The notes under the pieces were generated by a model, which did not search any database, was not told where the DNA came from, and was given only the letters and a program-made list of their open reading frames with translations. A stretch of DNA of 61,387 nt, the filler included, from Sluysia triapertura (taxonomy: Eukaryota), in assembly GCA_046118255.1 (NCBI GenBank). It is 4 parts of 4 records of this genome, joined end to end, with 100 filler letters (N's around TTAATTAATTAA, not from the genome) between each part and the next. Parts side by side here need not be neighbours in the genome. Positions count along the whole stretch, not along the records: positions 31,491 to 45,257 come from JBJNIA010021292.1; positions 45,358 to 61,387 come from JBJNIA010212809.1; 2 more parts are not named here. One strand, 5' to 3'. Each line of letters begins with the position of its first letter. The stretch's first letter is position 1. A program made the translations under genes and the position numbers. Shown piece after piece: positions 38,991 through 53,482 of the stretch.

Positions 38991-39135
38991 TGATGAGACT
39001 TCAGCTTCCTATGAGACAGCTAGAGCGTGTTCAAGATCTCATGCAGAGTGTATGGATAATTGTAATTTTGACAGTAATTGCGAAGAATTATGCGACAGTG
39101 CTTTAGAAAAATGCATGGAAAATGTTGCAAGTTAA
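38991..39135 (+). other. Exon encoding a small six-cysteine peptide
   Basis: After a taag acceptor: DETSASYETARACSRSHAECMDNCNFDSNCEELCDSALEKCMENVAS*. The upstream exon could not be joined in frame. Confidence 0.55.
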
Positions 39136-41687
39136 TGTGATTGAAGTTGCGTAGTTTATTAAATGAGTAAACTTATCTTTATGTTTTGTTGTTTGCAGAG
39201 ACTTTTCCTATCTTGTCTTATAACTTAAAAAAAATTATCCAATTTTATTTTAATAAATTTTTATGGTTACAGCATACAGTAAGTTTAATTTTGAGAAATA
39301 AAATATTTTACTTTTAAAATAATAAATTTTGTTTTGCATTTATTTTAATGTTTTATATACTTTACACTTTCAAAATTACTTACATAAAATTTCAAAATTT
39401 AAACGTGCATAAACCATATTTTTTCAGATTCTAAGCACGTCCTGTTTTTTTTACCGAAAATAAATTTCATTTAACCCTTTGCTGTCAAGCCTAAAATGTA
39501 TGAAATTATTCGCTTTACAATTTCTGTTTTGAGTGTTATTGTATATCTAAGTTTTATTATTTCAAGATAAATACATATATTTTGACAATCATTTACTTGT
39601 ATAAAAATCAAACATGCAACAGGATTCGATATCCTTTTTCCTTATTCTTTTGCTTATAAGCAAATCACAAATAGATGAAAGTGTAGAAATACTAAAAACG
39701 GGATTGAATTTTATGTAAATTTGCAAAGGCTGGTTATTTACTTTGACGATTATTTAGATTCTATTTCTTCTCAGAGATAAAAGGATCATGTAATATTGAC
39801 TCCAATTGGTTTTATCTGCAACATCTCTCATCAGTAAGCAGTGTAGCTTCGTATAGTCAGAAGTGCCCATCAATAAATTATTAATAAACAAATAAATAAA
39901 GTAGAATTTTTGTAAAAATTTATTTGTAACTTTCAAGTTTTAAAAATATATATAAAAAATCATAAATATATATATATTTATGTTTATGGCCATAAAAGGT
40001 TTGCAAGCTCCACAAGTTGTACATTATAATACATTAAAGTATCACGAGTATATTCGTGCTGCAATGCATAACATCCTGCCAACCACGAGCATATTCATGG
40101 TTGGCAGTGAACTGTTTAAAGATATTTTTAATTATCAATATTCTAAAAAAATAAGTTTTTGTGATTTGGCTTCTTTGGGGAATTTTGTTACAATTAGGAC
40201 TTTTTTCAAATTCGACTAGCTCCTGTAATTTTTCATTAAAATAAAATTTGATTGTTAAATTTAAAACCCGGTTAAATCGTAACGAAAACATGTATATATA
40301 TTTTCCTAGTTTATACAAGTTAATCTAGACTATTTAGTATATATAAATTATTATTTGGGTTCGCCTGTAATCGACGCTTTATATCCTGTCTTTTGGTAAA
40401 CACAGTTACAGGATCTTATTTTATTCTAGCTTAGGTAGTTCTGAGGGTCTCTATTTGTCTTTAAGCTTTTAATATGAATTTAATGGTCTCTATTTTCTTT
40501 CAATCTTATCAAAGTACCACTTATACGTAATCAAGTTACTTATAACTTTAATATTAAAAAAATGTGAAGCTATACTGTAAAAAACGAATAAATAAAAAGT
40601 AAACATAATTCGATATAATTAATTATATTTTACAATAAATATGAACACTTCAGATAAAAAAATTCTCCAATAATCAACGAGAAACAGTTATGAACTTGAT
40701 TTGAAATGAAACGAAAATGATCAAAAAAAGTTAGTCCACAATTATTGAATTGATTTAAGTGAAACACGTAATCGGAAATAATAGCCAAATGTTATTTTCG
40801 TAATGACTTAAATATTTCATAATTTTTTAAATATTTAGTTAATAAAATCTCATTCAAAAGAATTTACTAATTCATGAGTGTAAAAATTGCAATAGGTTTT
40901 TTATAATGCAAGATCTCATCTTTTGTTAGTGGTTTCAATAACTGCGAAAAATTAAACAGGAAATGATGTTGATTCACAATCAACTGATTTATCGAATTTA
41001 GTATTAACTTAAATTGGATAATGGTTTGTGCTAATTCATAATAAGAATCATTATTAGGTTTTATGTAATCGTAATTAAACCTAGTGTCGAAGTCATCATT
41101 AATTAACATTACTACATTAATTAATTAACATCAACCACTGAATTATAATCACACTCAATACTTAATTACTTAATACTTTTTTTCATAATATGCAAAATAA
41201 TAATAATAATGAAGCATTATCAGAATAAATAAAAAAATTTAAGTAATTTTTTGTATTATGTATTTGTATTTTGATTGGATTTATTTGGAAACCATTGAAA
41301 ATAATTAATAAAACTTTTAATATTAAATCCGGAAATTTTGTACAAAAATTTAATATCAAATAAATGATAATATTGGGTGGTCGGAAAATAAAGTGACTGA
41401 AAGAATGTTGCAGCTTGAAGGTAAATAGATCTATATTTTATAAAGTTTTATAAAAACTTTATAAATATATAAATTAATTTAATTAAAATTGTTTGAAGAA
41501 CATTTTTAATCAATAACTTTCTTTATAATGTTTGCATAGGAGTGAATGTCACAGTAAAACACAATCATGAAATATATCAATATTATTGTTGGTATTGTCC
41601 AACTGCGGATTAGGAGATGAGTAAGAGATATGAAGGAAGAGTTGATACGAAATGATAGATTGAAATTATAAACATTATGGAGAAAAA

Positions 41688-41870
41688 AATCATGAAAATG
41701 AAAGTATCTTTAATGATGTTAACAGCTATAGAATACCTTGGCATTCCAAAGACCTATAGAAGATGTCGAGACCTTGTGGAAACTTGAAAAGCACTTGGAA
41801 AACCTTTGAAGGCATTTAAGCTTGTTAATCTTGAGATCATCTAAGACATTATTAACCTTTAAGTATTCTT
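41688..41870 (+). repeat. Repeat block B (also at 53069-53258)
   Basis: Shared AATCATGAAA..GAATACCTTG..CCAAAGACCTATA..GAGACCTTGTG..CTTGGAAAACCTTTGA..ATTAACCTTTAAGTATT. Confidence 0.85.
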
Positions 41871-42504
41871 GAAAACTTCATAGACATTTTGGATCTTCGA
41901 GTAACCTTATAGAGTATTTAAAATCTTTAAAATAGTTGAGAAATAAAATCATTGTCAATAGTATTAAGAATAAATCTAGTATAGTAATAATTACATGAAG
42001 AGGTAGAAAAAAGGAATCATAGAGGTGAAGGTGAAAACATATAGAGCCTCCTGAATGCCTTATAACCTACTAAATAGCTTTAGAACCTTAATAAAACCTT
42101 GAAACATAAGATAGGATTAAGTATAAAAATAGATTAATTAATTACAAATCTTTATTAAGAAAAAGTACGCTTTTGTGAATAACTTTTAAATGCGGAATCC
42201 TACATTAAATTTGAAACTATGCATGTATTTTTTTACAAAGACCTTGCGATGAAGTTAGGGTTTGACCAAATTCATACAAAGAAAGCCTTAATATTGAGCA
42301 AAGTTAATATGAAATGTTGAATTTTTCATACTTAGAATGATGCTAATAAAATGAATTAAATATGAGATGATTGCTATGAAACAAGAGAACTAAAGTGCAT
42401 TCGATATGTTTATAGAATTGTTGCGTCTTTAAATATTATTAGTTATGATAATTCAATATAATCTTGATTATCTTAAAAGAATCTTAATAATTTAAGTAGT
42501 CACT

Positions 42505-42790
42505 ATATCAAGTATAATTTTGCAGTAATTCTCTTACTTAATATTAATAACTATTCCCCAAAAATTAAACTCTTAAAAATCAAATCAAAAAATAAGACAA
42601 TAATTTACTATTAAACAAAAATCAAATTACAATTTATTGTTATTAGTATGACTCTCCACTAAACAATAGTAAAAATAACTAAAATGACAAAATTAACAAT
42701 AGTGTTTATTATAATATTAAGAACACTACAATCTAACTAAAAAAACCAGGAGTTACGCAACAAACACTAACATTATCAACATTTAGAAAG
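42505..42790 (+). repeat. Repeat block A (also at 52509-52795)
   Basis: High-similarity ~290-bp match beginning TATATCAAGTATAATTTTGCAGTAAT. Confidence 0.9.
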
Positions 42791-43261
42791 TTAATAATTA
42801 TGCTACTTAAATATTTTTAGTTAACGTAACCGAGAGTAATCACCATTATAACAAAAATTTTTGGACAGAGATACTTTTAAAAACTTAACAGTAATATCTA
42901 AAGTATAAATATTTAATGTTTCGATAAAATAAAATGTGTAGGATGTTCTCCACAAAACTGCTTTAAAATGGCTGAAAATAAAATCAAACTATTTATAATA
43001 AAAGTAGCACAATAAAAACTTATATTAAAATTATCTTCCCTTTAATAACATCAAAAATAAAAGTAAAATAAAATCAATTAATTACCTTATTTTAATTTTA
43101 AAATAATAAAATATCAAAAATAAAAAATAAACAAGAAAATTACCCAATTCATGGATATTCACTGGATAATGGCATAATTGTGTCATTGTGTTATTGTTTG
43201 TTAAAAATTTAGAAATCTTTATTTTATACTCTCTCATCATCCAATCAATTCCCAGTCTCAC

Positions 43262-43600
43262 TGTAGGGAAATCTCATAAAATTCATAACACTTCATCACA
43301 TAAAACGATTTCACATATACACAGATAATTAAACAAACTACTAAACTCATTCAAAAAACAAACATAATCATTGCACATTATTATCACGAACTACACCTAT
43401 TATTATTACAATTCATATCTTATTAAACAATATATAATAATTATTTTCATTACTGTTATATAATATGATTATCAAATAATAACTTTTATAATAAATTTCA
43501 CAATAAAATTTCGTATCAGCATCAACAATGCCAGTATTAATAAACATAATAACCACGTTATTATTATCATTATTATTTTTCTTATCCTTAATATCAATCT
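43262..43600 (+). mobile_element. TGTAGGGAA LTR-like repeat, copy 2
   Basis: Aligns with the 36987 copy. Confidence 0.7.
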
Positions 43601-43685
43601 TTCTTTTTCCATTTCATCTATAAAGTTTACATTTAGTATCTGTTATAAAATTTGATCTTTCAACAACTCCAAAATTTCAATTGAA

Positions 43686-44347
43686 CTGTCTCGTATAATA
43701 GTGACGATTTTGCTCTTAATCGTGAATTCTTGGCTGTGCTAGTTTATCCTAGTTTATCAACAACTAAATATAAATCTTGCGTGTTCTATCCGACTACCAT
43801 AGAACCTATTATTGATGGTGCTCGTGTTAATTCACCACATTACTTAGTAAAACTGGTAAAATTAGATGTAACTGGTAAAATTACTCGTACACAATTCGTT
43901 CTTTTGAATTCTCAGTACGAACAAAATAATGATATTTCATATACTATTTGACTTTATGCTACTTGTGATATAACTCTTACCAAATCAAAAAGTATCTGGA
44001 GAATAGAATGCAAATTCTGCTGGTGATTGTCCAAATTTTAATATATTTAACAACAACCCAGTTTTTCATTAATAGATAATCAAATATTGGTTGAATTAAA
44101 AGCACTAAAAGAATATAGTGTTGGTTTTGAATTGACTTGTGCAGATTTTTACAACACATCGAATCCGAAAAACTTCACAACTCTAAATTCTGGTAATTAT
44201 GGACAAGGTTATTTAGTTCGTTAGTACAGTAACATATCCGGTGGAATTTACAATACTCGATTAGCAACTTTCAAGCCTCAACAATTGGATCCCTTTGTAT
44301 TACGAGTAGGCAGTCTTAGAGAGTTCAAATTATACAAAATAACTTGA
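43686..44347 (+). pseudogene. CAPN7: Calpain-7 (PalBH) C-terminal domain-III fragment, pseudogene
   Basis: DDFALNREFLAVLVY, FYPTTIEPIIDGARVNSPHYLVK, SQYEQNNDISYTI*LY, LVELKALKEYSVGFE, SGNY, GGIYN..TFKPQQLDPF match the calpain-7 C-terminus. Internal stops and a frameshift; no introns seen. Confidence 0.85.
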
Positions 44348-45109
44348 TATTTTATATATTTAGTATGCATGTAACAAATTTTGGTATATTTAATATATAC
44401 AATATGTTTCTGATAATAAGTTAACAGAACTTTTATATCCGTTTCTTATTTTATTTTTACCTGAAATTATGAAATATAAATAATTAAATTAATCTATGCT
44501 CAAAAAATCGATATTTATTGTATTCATTTTATAATGTTTCATTTCTTTGCCATTTATTATAATATTGAAATTAGAAACAATATGAACACTTATTTAAGTC
44601 AAATTTATTACTTGGATTCGAAAAATTATGTCATAGTAGTGTTTTTTTGTCTATATTATTACTTTTGACATTTTTTAATGGATTATATTTAAGATTTTTA
44701 CAATCATTACATTATAAAGGCGCTTTTTATGCATTAATCTAAAATGTTAAAGGAAGAATAGAAATTAAAATAGCACAAGTTCATATGTATTAGCTTAAAG
44801 CTATTATGCCTAATAGTATAACGAAACAACGTGTGTTTAAACATGTAAACGAATCAAACAATTTGAATACAATAACGTTTGTACAGTCATGTAACAGTGT
44901 AAGCGCTTTTGTGTCCTTTTGTTCTATTTTATTATATTAATAAAAAGTTAAATTTCGTTTTTGTTAAATTGTTATTCTTTAAAGGCTTTAAGCCTAGTGT
45001 ATTAATTAGTATCTTTAACAGTTGTTTAACGGTTATAAAATTAAAATGTTCGTGTTTAGCTAAAACTTTAAACCTATTAAATAAAAAAATAAAATTTCAT
45101 TATAATAAT

Positions 45110-45257
45110 TGTAGGGAACTCGTCATTCGGTAATCATCACAATTCATCACACAATATTCATCACAACTCATCTCATAAATTTCAACACAATCTATCACTT
45201 AAAAACGACACACACATACACAAACTACTAAACGAACTATTAAACTCATTCAAAAAT
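45110..45257 (+). mobile_element. TGTAGGGAA LTR-like repeat, copy 3 (cut by contig end)
   Basis: TGTAGGGAACTCGTCAT is identical to the start of the 36987 copy. Confidence 0.75.
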
Positions 45258-45357
45258 NNNNNNNNNNNNNNNNNNNNNNNNNNNNNNNNNNNNNNNNNNN
45301 NTTAATTAATTAANNNNNNNNNNNNNNNNNNNNNNNNNNNNNNNNNNNNNNNNNNNN
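45258..45357. other. Artificial contig linker
   Basis: N-TTAATTAATTAA-N, 100 nt. Confidence 0.98.
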
Positions 45358-45675
45358 AAAAATAAATTTAATAGTCTTAATTATAATACAAAAAATTTTT
45401 AATTATTTTTGAAATAATTTTTCTTTATCATTTGTTTAATATAAATAGTTTAGATTTTAGGTAAATAATTCTGAAGAAAATTTTGACACAATTTTTAGAA
45501 AAAAATTTGATAAATTTTAGAGAATCTGTAAAAATCAAGAAAATCAGCAAATAATTTCTGAAAAAGAAAATATGTTCATGATTAAAAAGTAATTTTTATT
45601 GTATAGGTTTTTTTACAAATATTCATTTTAGATAAGAATATTAAAATCTGACTCAAAATCATTTATATTTTAATG

Positions 45676-46029
45676 CTAGACCTTAAAATGGCTAACGAAA
45701 TAAAATTTTAAATTCTTTAGCCACCAACAGAATTGAGTAGACAATTAAAATATTATTATATTTTTTTAATAAGTGTCTATTTTAGATTTTTCTTTTTCAT
45801 ACACCTTAGGTGTGAGTTGGTTTTTGTTAACTAAAATAAAATCATTTTTCGCAACACTAGACCTTGATACGGCTAGTGAAATTTGTAAATTCTTATATTA
45901 TTTTTTCGATCTAAACCTTAAAAGGCTAAAGTAATTATTAAAAATCATTAAATTGTTTCATGCAAGACCTTGAAAAGGCTTGTGTTATTTATAATTTTCA
46001 TTTGAACTAGACCTTAGGAAGACTAGTGC
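45676..46029. repeat. Spaced array of ~20-bp palindromic repeats CTAGACCTT-N5-GGCTAG
   Basis: Units at 45676, 45857, 45911, 45963 and 46007 with AT-rich non-identical spacers. Confidence 0.75.
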
Positions 46030-49000
46030 AACATCATTAAATTATAGCGTGATTTAAATTAATTAACCTAAAATTAAATTTATAAGAAGGTAGTATATTC
46101 ATCTTAAATAGCATAATTTTCGTATTAAGTCTAATTTGAAGTAATCATGAGAGTAAGTTTTTATTAGGAGTGCACATATTCATTTTAAGTTAGTTAAGTC
46201 TAAGTTTGACTATCTTAAAATCCTAATAACACGTCTCCAGAATTAGGTGAATCTGACCCTCAATTATTTTGTAATTAAGTTAATTTTAAGACAAAACACT
46301 TGCACTTTTTATTGATAAAAATCTCTTATTAATTCTTATCTTATAAATCTCTTAACATTTAAATAATCCTGCATAAATTCTTTTTTGGTATTCGTCATTG
46401 TATTTAGCCCAATAAGTTTCGAGTGCGAACAAGCACTACTTCTTGAATAATTATTCTATTAAACTTTAATTATAAGGTTTAATTTTATTAAATAATTATA
46501 ATAAATATATCCTTTTATAATGTATAAAATTACACTAGGGGCAGGATGTTACAAGACTCTTTTCTTTTATTAAGTAGATTAGACATTTTTACGGAAAAAT
46601 TTGTAGATATTTAATATTGTGTAAACTGTTCTAATAATATTCTACTAATAATATTTATTAATATATTGTTTGATTAAAGGTTTTTCATTTGTGTTGAAAA
46701 ATAAGATTTAGGAAAAGTTTATTCTATCATTCTATTACAGTTGATTATACTATTACACTATCATTATTTTATGGCTCTTTAGGCATGTATTCCAACACTA
46801 TAAACAATTAAAGTATTACTAAAAAAGTTATAAGTTTATACGAGAGAGCATAAAGTGATAAATTTTAGAGTTGTAAGTTTTACCAGTAAGCGAACTATAA
46901 AGAATAAATTTTGAGAAGAATTAAATTCAAAAACTTACTATGATTTAAGACTTGAGCTTAAACAAACATGTCATTAAAGTTTATTGATAAACAAAAATGC
47001 ATAAATTCGAAACTCACAATAATCAAAGTAGAATCTTCATCTATAAAATAAATAAATAAATAAATCTTTTCTATTCCGTACACACCATGCAGCAAATATA
47101 ATAAAATTGAAAATAAATAAATATTGTTATTATATCGTATTAATCTTTACTTTAATTGTTATTCATATTGCTATAATAGTTCTTATTATTAATTTGTGTG
47201 AAATGAAGCAAATAAAAGACTCTTTGACAAATATTTCCAATTATTTTATCAAATGAAAGCGTTTTTTATTTTCTGTTATTATTATTATTATTATTAATTT
47301 CAGTAAAATAATTTTCTATAAATAATAACAAAAAAAACGTTATTTTCAAAACAAACAAAATTAATATTAAAATCAATTTTAAAAAATGCATAATTATGTG
47401 AAATAAAAATATTATTAAAATTATATTATTAGCACTATCGTGGCTTTATTAAATACGTAGTAAGTTCATTAAGTGGTGAACCTACCATTGAACAAAGAAC
47501 CAAGAATATGTTGATTGTTTATGAAGTATTATTTATATTGTTTATATTTTGTTTTAATATTATATTTTATTTAGAGAAATTCGAATATATATGAATATAT
47601 AAATGATTACGTTTATTGTAATAAATAAATATTCAAAGAATTAAATACTGTGTATAAAATGAATATCCATTGTATCTATTGAATTACGTATTCGTAAAAA
47701 ATATTCATCTCGAGTTGTTTTACAAAATACAATAAATAATAATGATAGAGGTGTGAAATTTAAAATACAAGAATGAGAAATTTATTACTTTGATCTTATT
47801 AATACATTTTATTTGTTGAATTGAAAGTTACAAAATCAAACGCTACAGATTTATCTGATAAAGATGATGTTTGAGTAACTAATTTCATGACGTGAAAAGA
47901 TGTGATTTCATCGTTTAATAGTACTCAAATTGAAGATGGAAAAATGTCATTATGAACAAAAAACAAAATTAGAAAATATTTTAAATTATATTTCTGATAC
48001 TGTAGGTATAATATTAAGTGGGATTCACATAAAAGTCAGAGTAAAAATGGATTGAAAAATTCAAAAAATTTGCATTTTGTGGTTCATTATTATTGGTATT
48101 TTTCAATAACCCAAAATACGTTATTTCAGGTTTTGAAGTTTACTTGAAATTACAAAGAAATAAATCAAGCTTTTGTCTTGTACTTGAAAAAGGTACTAAT
48201 AGTTATAAAGATGCAAAATATATGTCTTAGTTGAACATAGATTATATTTGCAAAAATCAAATGCAATTTATCGTCAAATAAAATTTACCAAAAGAAAAAC
48301 TTGGATTTTATAAAGATCAAATTTTTGGTGATTCAATATTATTGAAATTTGTTTTGGTTACATTTTAAACTACAGACAGAATTAATGGGAATATTAAAAG
48401 CGATGCATTAAGTTTTGTCCGTAGTAATCTCGAATCAGTTAGTATAAGTCGAAATATAGATTATCAAGAAATGAATTTTGATAATATGAACACATTCGTT
48501 AAATTTTATGTGCAAAATTATTAGACATATAATTTAAACAATAAAATTAGAACGGATGATTTCAAACTAGATTATCTTTCGTTACGTTTGTAATTGCACT
48601 TAATTTGGATATCGATCAAAAACAATTACCACAAAAAATTTGAGAATATACATTAAATTTTCTAAAGAATTAGAAAACCTAACTGTTTCGATTTATGGTC
48701 TATTTGATACCGAAACACAAATAAATAATAACCGTCTAATTATATTTTAAATGAAGTAAATTTATTTAATTTTCTTAATTCTTTAGAAATTGCTGAGATC
48801 GAGCGTCAAAGTCTGAGGCGTCTGCAAGGTCGTCGTAATGGTGTAGAGATCAATATTTTCTAAAGTTTTATGAAAAATGTATAAGAACATTTATTAATTA
48901 ACTAAAATTATATGGAAATCATTTTCACTCAATAATTTTGTATATGATGTTTTCATACGAGAGAACAGCACGAAATATGAAATACGGTGATAAAATTTAT

Positions 49001-51774
49001 TATTGATACGAACCCTGAAGCAATACGAAACATGTCGATGTAGATAACACAAAAGCAATATTTTGATTAATCCTCTTATTTATGAAATTAAATTTCTAAG
49101 TGTTATAATGATTAAACGTAGTAAAAGTATATATCAAATTAATGTTCATTAAAAGCTCATTTAATGTATGTTATGGAAATTGATGTGTGACCTGCAATTA
49201 ACGTGTTGCGAAGTGTATAAAAAAGTTATTATTGGAAATAATTTTTACAATTGATTAGATTTATATTCAATTTAAGTTGATGTATTATTGTACCAATAAG
49301 TATTGTTATAACAATGACGTTGAATTTTATTTTTTATTATACTGAAAAGATATGAGTTTGTTTGTCACAAAACACATTATCTTTTAATAATTTCTAGATA
49401 ATCGCATGTCGGAATGCGATGGAAATTAATGTTCAGTTTTGATTATTAGAATTGGTCGACTTAAAACCGATTCTAAAAAATAAGCTTATGTTGTTGACAT
49501 GCTCAATAATCAAGTCAAGTTCTCGACTTTCTAGAAATTATCTAAACATTATATTTGATTCTTTTGGTTTTTAATGTCCAAATTCATTAGGAAATCGCCT
49601 TATTAAATTTGAAATTTTAAAATATACTAAAATACTACATAAATTATGGTTATATTATCATCATATACTTTTATTTAAATATATCTTATTGTATATTGCC
49701 TTTTTTTGTATAAATAAAGATATTTTCCTCCAGAAAATATAAAATGAATTTCGTTTTCATTGGCAGAATAGTTTTATTAATAATGAAAACAAATTATTAA
49801 TTAAAGAATTATTTATTATGAATGTGGACGATTGGTTTCATACAATAAAAGAGATACAAATGATTAATTAAATGACATGAATTGAATAAAAAGTATTTAA
49901 TGAAACTTGTGTATCAATTAATGTGGTAGAAAGAAATTAAAAGTTTTTGTGGAGAGTTTATACTACAAGAATTAAGAATTAAATGTGGTATTAAACAGAA
50001 AATGTTTTATACATTTGGTATTGAAATGCACACTCATGCAAAAGGTTACTTCCAGAGTTAAGAATAGTTTTGCATTGTATGACAAACTTAAAAGAGGAAA
50101 ATATCATACGTATATTTCGTCATCATAACAATCACTATGTTCATCTAAAATGTTTATTTAGGGCCCATGTCTTTATTTGTAAATTTAATCGACTTAAGGC
50201 CGAAAAACGTTTTTATCTTATTTTTAAAATTACATTCACTCTTAAGGCGTGAGATAACAAAACCATGAACAATAAATTCTAATATACTATTATAAAAGAG
50301 GATCACTAACAACGTATTTCTAAACCAACATTTATATAGTAAATATTCTTTGATTACGAACTGCATAGCCATGTTTTATTAGTCTTGTATCTAATCTGGT
50401 ATCATAAGTATGAGTAAATTATTCGTGATAATTAAATACCATTTGTGAAGGCTGTTCAGGTCATCAATCTAATAGTTTAAATAAAAGGTACATTTTACTA
50501 AAAATTTTAATAATACTAGTTTTTTTCGAGTGAATGTTTGCTTAACTATAAAAGGTTCTAAAGCCCAATAACTAGTCTCTTCAGATTCGTCAATTGTTAA
50601 CTTCTCATGACAATAAACTTTAACCTTTAATACATTATTTGGGTTTGTTAAAATACGTCTATTACTCTAACTTTTATACAATTCATTTTTGTATAATTGT
50701 TTTTTAACTAATCTAGTAACTTTAGAACATAAGACACTCACAAGCAACCTAATTCTCTCGCTAAATCAGCTGTATAGATTGGTGAGACTTGAACTCTCTA
50801 CAATAATATAAATTAATCCACGAGTAACATTATAAGTAATCAGTAAAATGTCAAATCCAACGGAAATTGAATGTTCCTGCAATCTAAATTGAGCTTTTAA
50901 CTTTTTTTACTTTTTGTTTGCTATAATAATAATTTCCTAAAATTATATCTAAATAACGAGTATGTATTTTGTCGTTATTATTTTTCTTCACTCGTTTAAC
51001 TTGTTACTTTAGTTCGTTAATATCATCAACATTGTTGCTTACTTTCATTTTATAAATCATTTTAAAGTAATTTTGTGTTACCAACAAATTTGGCATATTA
51101 TTATTGATATTTTAAATATTAAATTTTTATTTTCATATTTTTGAGGTTGTAGTTTGAGAAAGCATTGTATTTCGGTATTAATATTATTATTGGTCTAAAT
51201 AAATAACAGAACGCCCTGATGAAGCTTATTGCATAATTCTAATTGAAAATCATTTGAAGATAGTATATACTTGCTAGAGCTGTCATTTTTATTCGTTCTA
51301 CTTATTAATAAATTATGCTTTTCTAATAAATCCAAATAAGTCTTTAATGAATTAATTTATTTATTGGTACTATTACTTTTCCGAAAACGGCTCGAAAACT
51401 TATTTTATTTTCGCTGAGAATAGAAAGTATACGACTGCAAAAATTGTACAACAGTTAACACATTCGCATGTATGTGACGTATCTTTGTTTTTGAGCCCGG
51501 CATGTGTGGGCACTATTTTTTTCGCAGTTAAAAAAATCCATTGCCATTTAAAGTCGTTTCAGTAGAAAATTTCAATGGACTATGGTACAAGATTTTCTTC
51601 TCAAGCTCCGATAACGAATGTGTTAATTAAAACAAACACATACATAATTAATAGCAATAAAAATAGGTAATAATAAAATTATAATAATAACATAATGATA
51701 GAATGATATTAGCCGATAAAATAATAGTGACAACAGCGAACAATAATGATTGTAATAGCTAAAATAATAGTGAC

Positions 51775-51813
<39 letters not shown>

Positions 51814-52508
51814 GTTATTTGTTTTGTTTATGATTTATGTTACTTATTATTAGAGTGAGTATTCGAGTGCATAATGATGTAAAGAGTATAAGAATAAGCA
51901 TTAGGAGTAAATTGTTGGGTTTTGGGCCTCCATTCACCATAAGAATCGGCACTCATAAGAAATTATTATTACACTATTGAAGCAGTCACAATAAGTGCAA
52001 TAATTCAATTTTAAAGATACCACAATCTGGAACATTATCATAAATGAAAGGATTGTGAATTTCTTGATGCAATTCGCAATCATTTGACCAATTATATTGA
52101 TCGGGAAACTTACCTTCACTAGCCCAATATGATTTTAGTAATTTCACTTTTACCCAATTTAGTATAATTTAACCATGTTCTCCGACCATAAATCTAAACT
52201 GAAAGAAATGTCTAATTCAGTAGAACATTTTCAGAAAGTTAGTACCGCCAGAATAACTACAATTAACTAATTTTAGTGCTTAGTATAGACACAAAGGGTA
52301 TCATTTTCTTGTCTGATCCATGTATTGTTGAATCTCACACGAAATATTGACAATTTTGTTCATTGGTATATTTATCTAATTTGAAATAAATCAATGATAA
52401 ATGGAAAGATTACTTATAGAAAAACACTTGTAGATACAAAAAATTTAATAATATTTGAAGTAGTAATAAATGTAATAAAATAGATGTAATAAATATAATA
52501 GTCGTCAA

Positions 52509-53258
52509 TATATCAAGTATAATTTTGCAGTAATCTTCTTTTAGATATTAATAATTATTATCCCAAAATTAAGCTCTTAAAAATCAAATCAAAAAATAAG
52601 GCAATAATTTACTATTACACAAAAATCAAATTAGAATTTAATGTTATTAGTATGGCTTTCCACCAAACAAAACCAAAAAATAGCTAAAATGACAAAATTA
52701 ACAATAGCGTTTGTAATAATATTAAGAATACTACAATCTAACTGAAAAGCAAGGAGTAACGTAACAAATACTAAAAATATGAATATCCAGAAAGTTTAAA
52801 ATAGTAATGATGATTAAATATATTTTAAAAGTAAAATTGCTAAATATCAAATAATTAATTCAAAATATTTCAAAAATAAACGGGACAAGCTGTCTCACAC
52901 TAAATTATCTTACAACTAGCTAAAAATCAAATATTTAATTCAAAATATCTTTAAAATAAATGGGGCAGAGAGTGGATCTGGGAAGAATGAAAACATATAA
53001 AATCATAAAATGAAAGAAAAACTGAAACAAAGTGATGAATTGAACATGATAAACATTGTTGAAATAAGAATCATGAAAGTAAAAACATCTATAAAAATTA
53101 TAGCAGCTAAAGAATACCTTGACTTTCCAAAGACCTATATAAGGTGTTGAGACCTTGTGAAAGCTTGAAAATGACTTGGAAAACCTTTGAGAGCATCAGA
53201 GTACCTTTGGGTTTGTTAATCTTGACAGCATCTAAGATCTTATTAACCTTTAAGTATT
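52509..53258 (+). repeat. Repeat blocks A (52509-52795) and B (53069-53258)
   Basis: Match 42505-42790 and 41688-41870 respectively. Confidence 0.85.
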
Positions 53259-53482
53259 TTAAAGATTATTTTAAGAAGGCATGAATTCAGAAGACATTAA
53301 TTTAGAAGAAGAGGACATTACTTCAGAAGAAGAAAAAGCAATTCCGAAAAGGAAATCATTATCAATTTTTAGAAAACATTTGTTCTGAAAAAAGGTATTT
53401 ATTTGTAAAATTTAACTCATTAAATTGATTAACGTTTAACGATATTTTATTTATCAATAGAACAATAAGATAATTGTGAGCA

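Noticed and set aside
39472-39490. TTAACCCTTT piggyBac-like terminus (similar at ~7105 and ~19941)
   Set aside because: No matching partner end or transposase found, and the motif is too short in AT-rich DNA.
45676-46029. CRISPR array
   Set aside because: Eukaryotic context, no cas genes, and degenerate repeats with irregular spacing. Kept only as a palindrome array.
51494-51520. GCCCGGCATGTGTGGGC-ACTAT as a Helitron 3' end
   Set aside because: Only a 4-bp firm stem, no CTRR terminus, and no second copy in the window.
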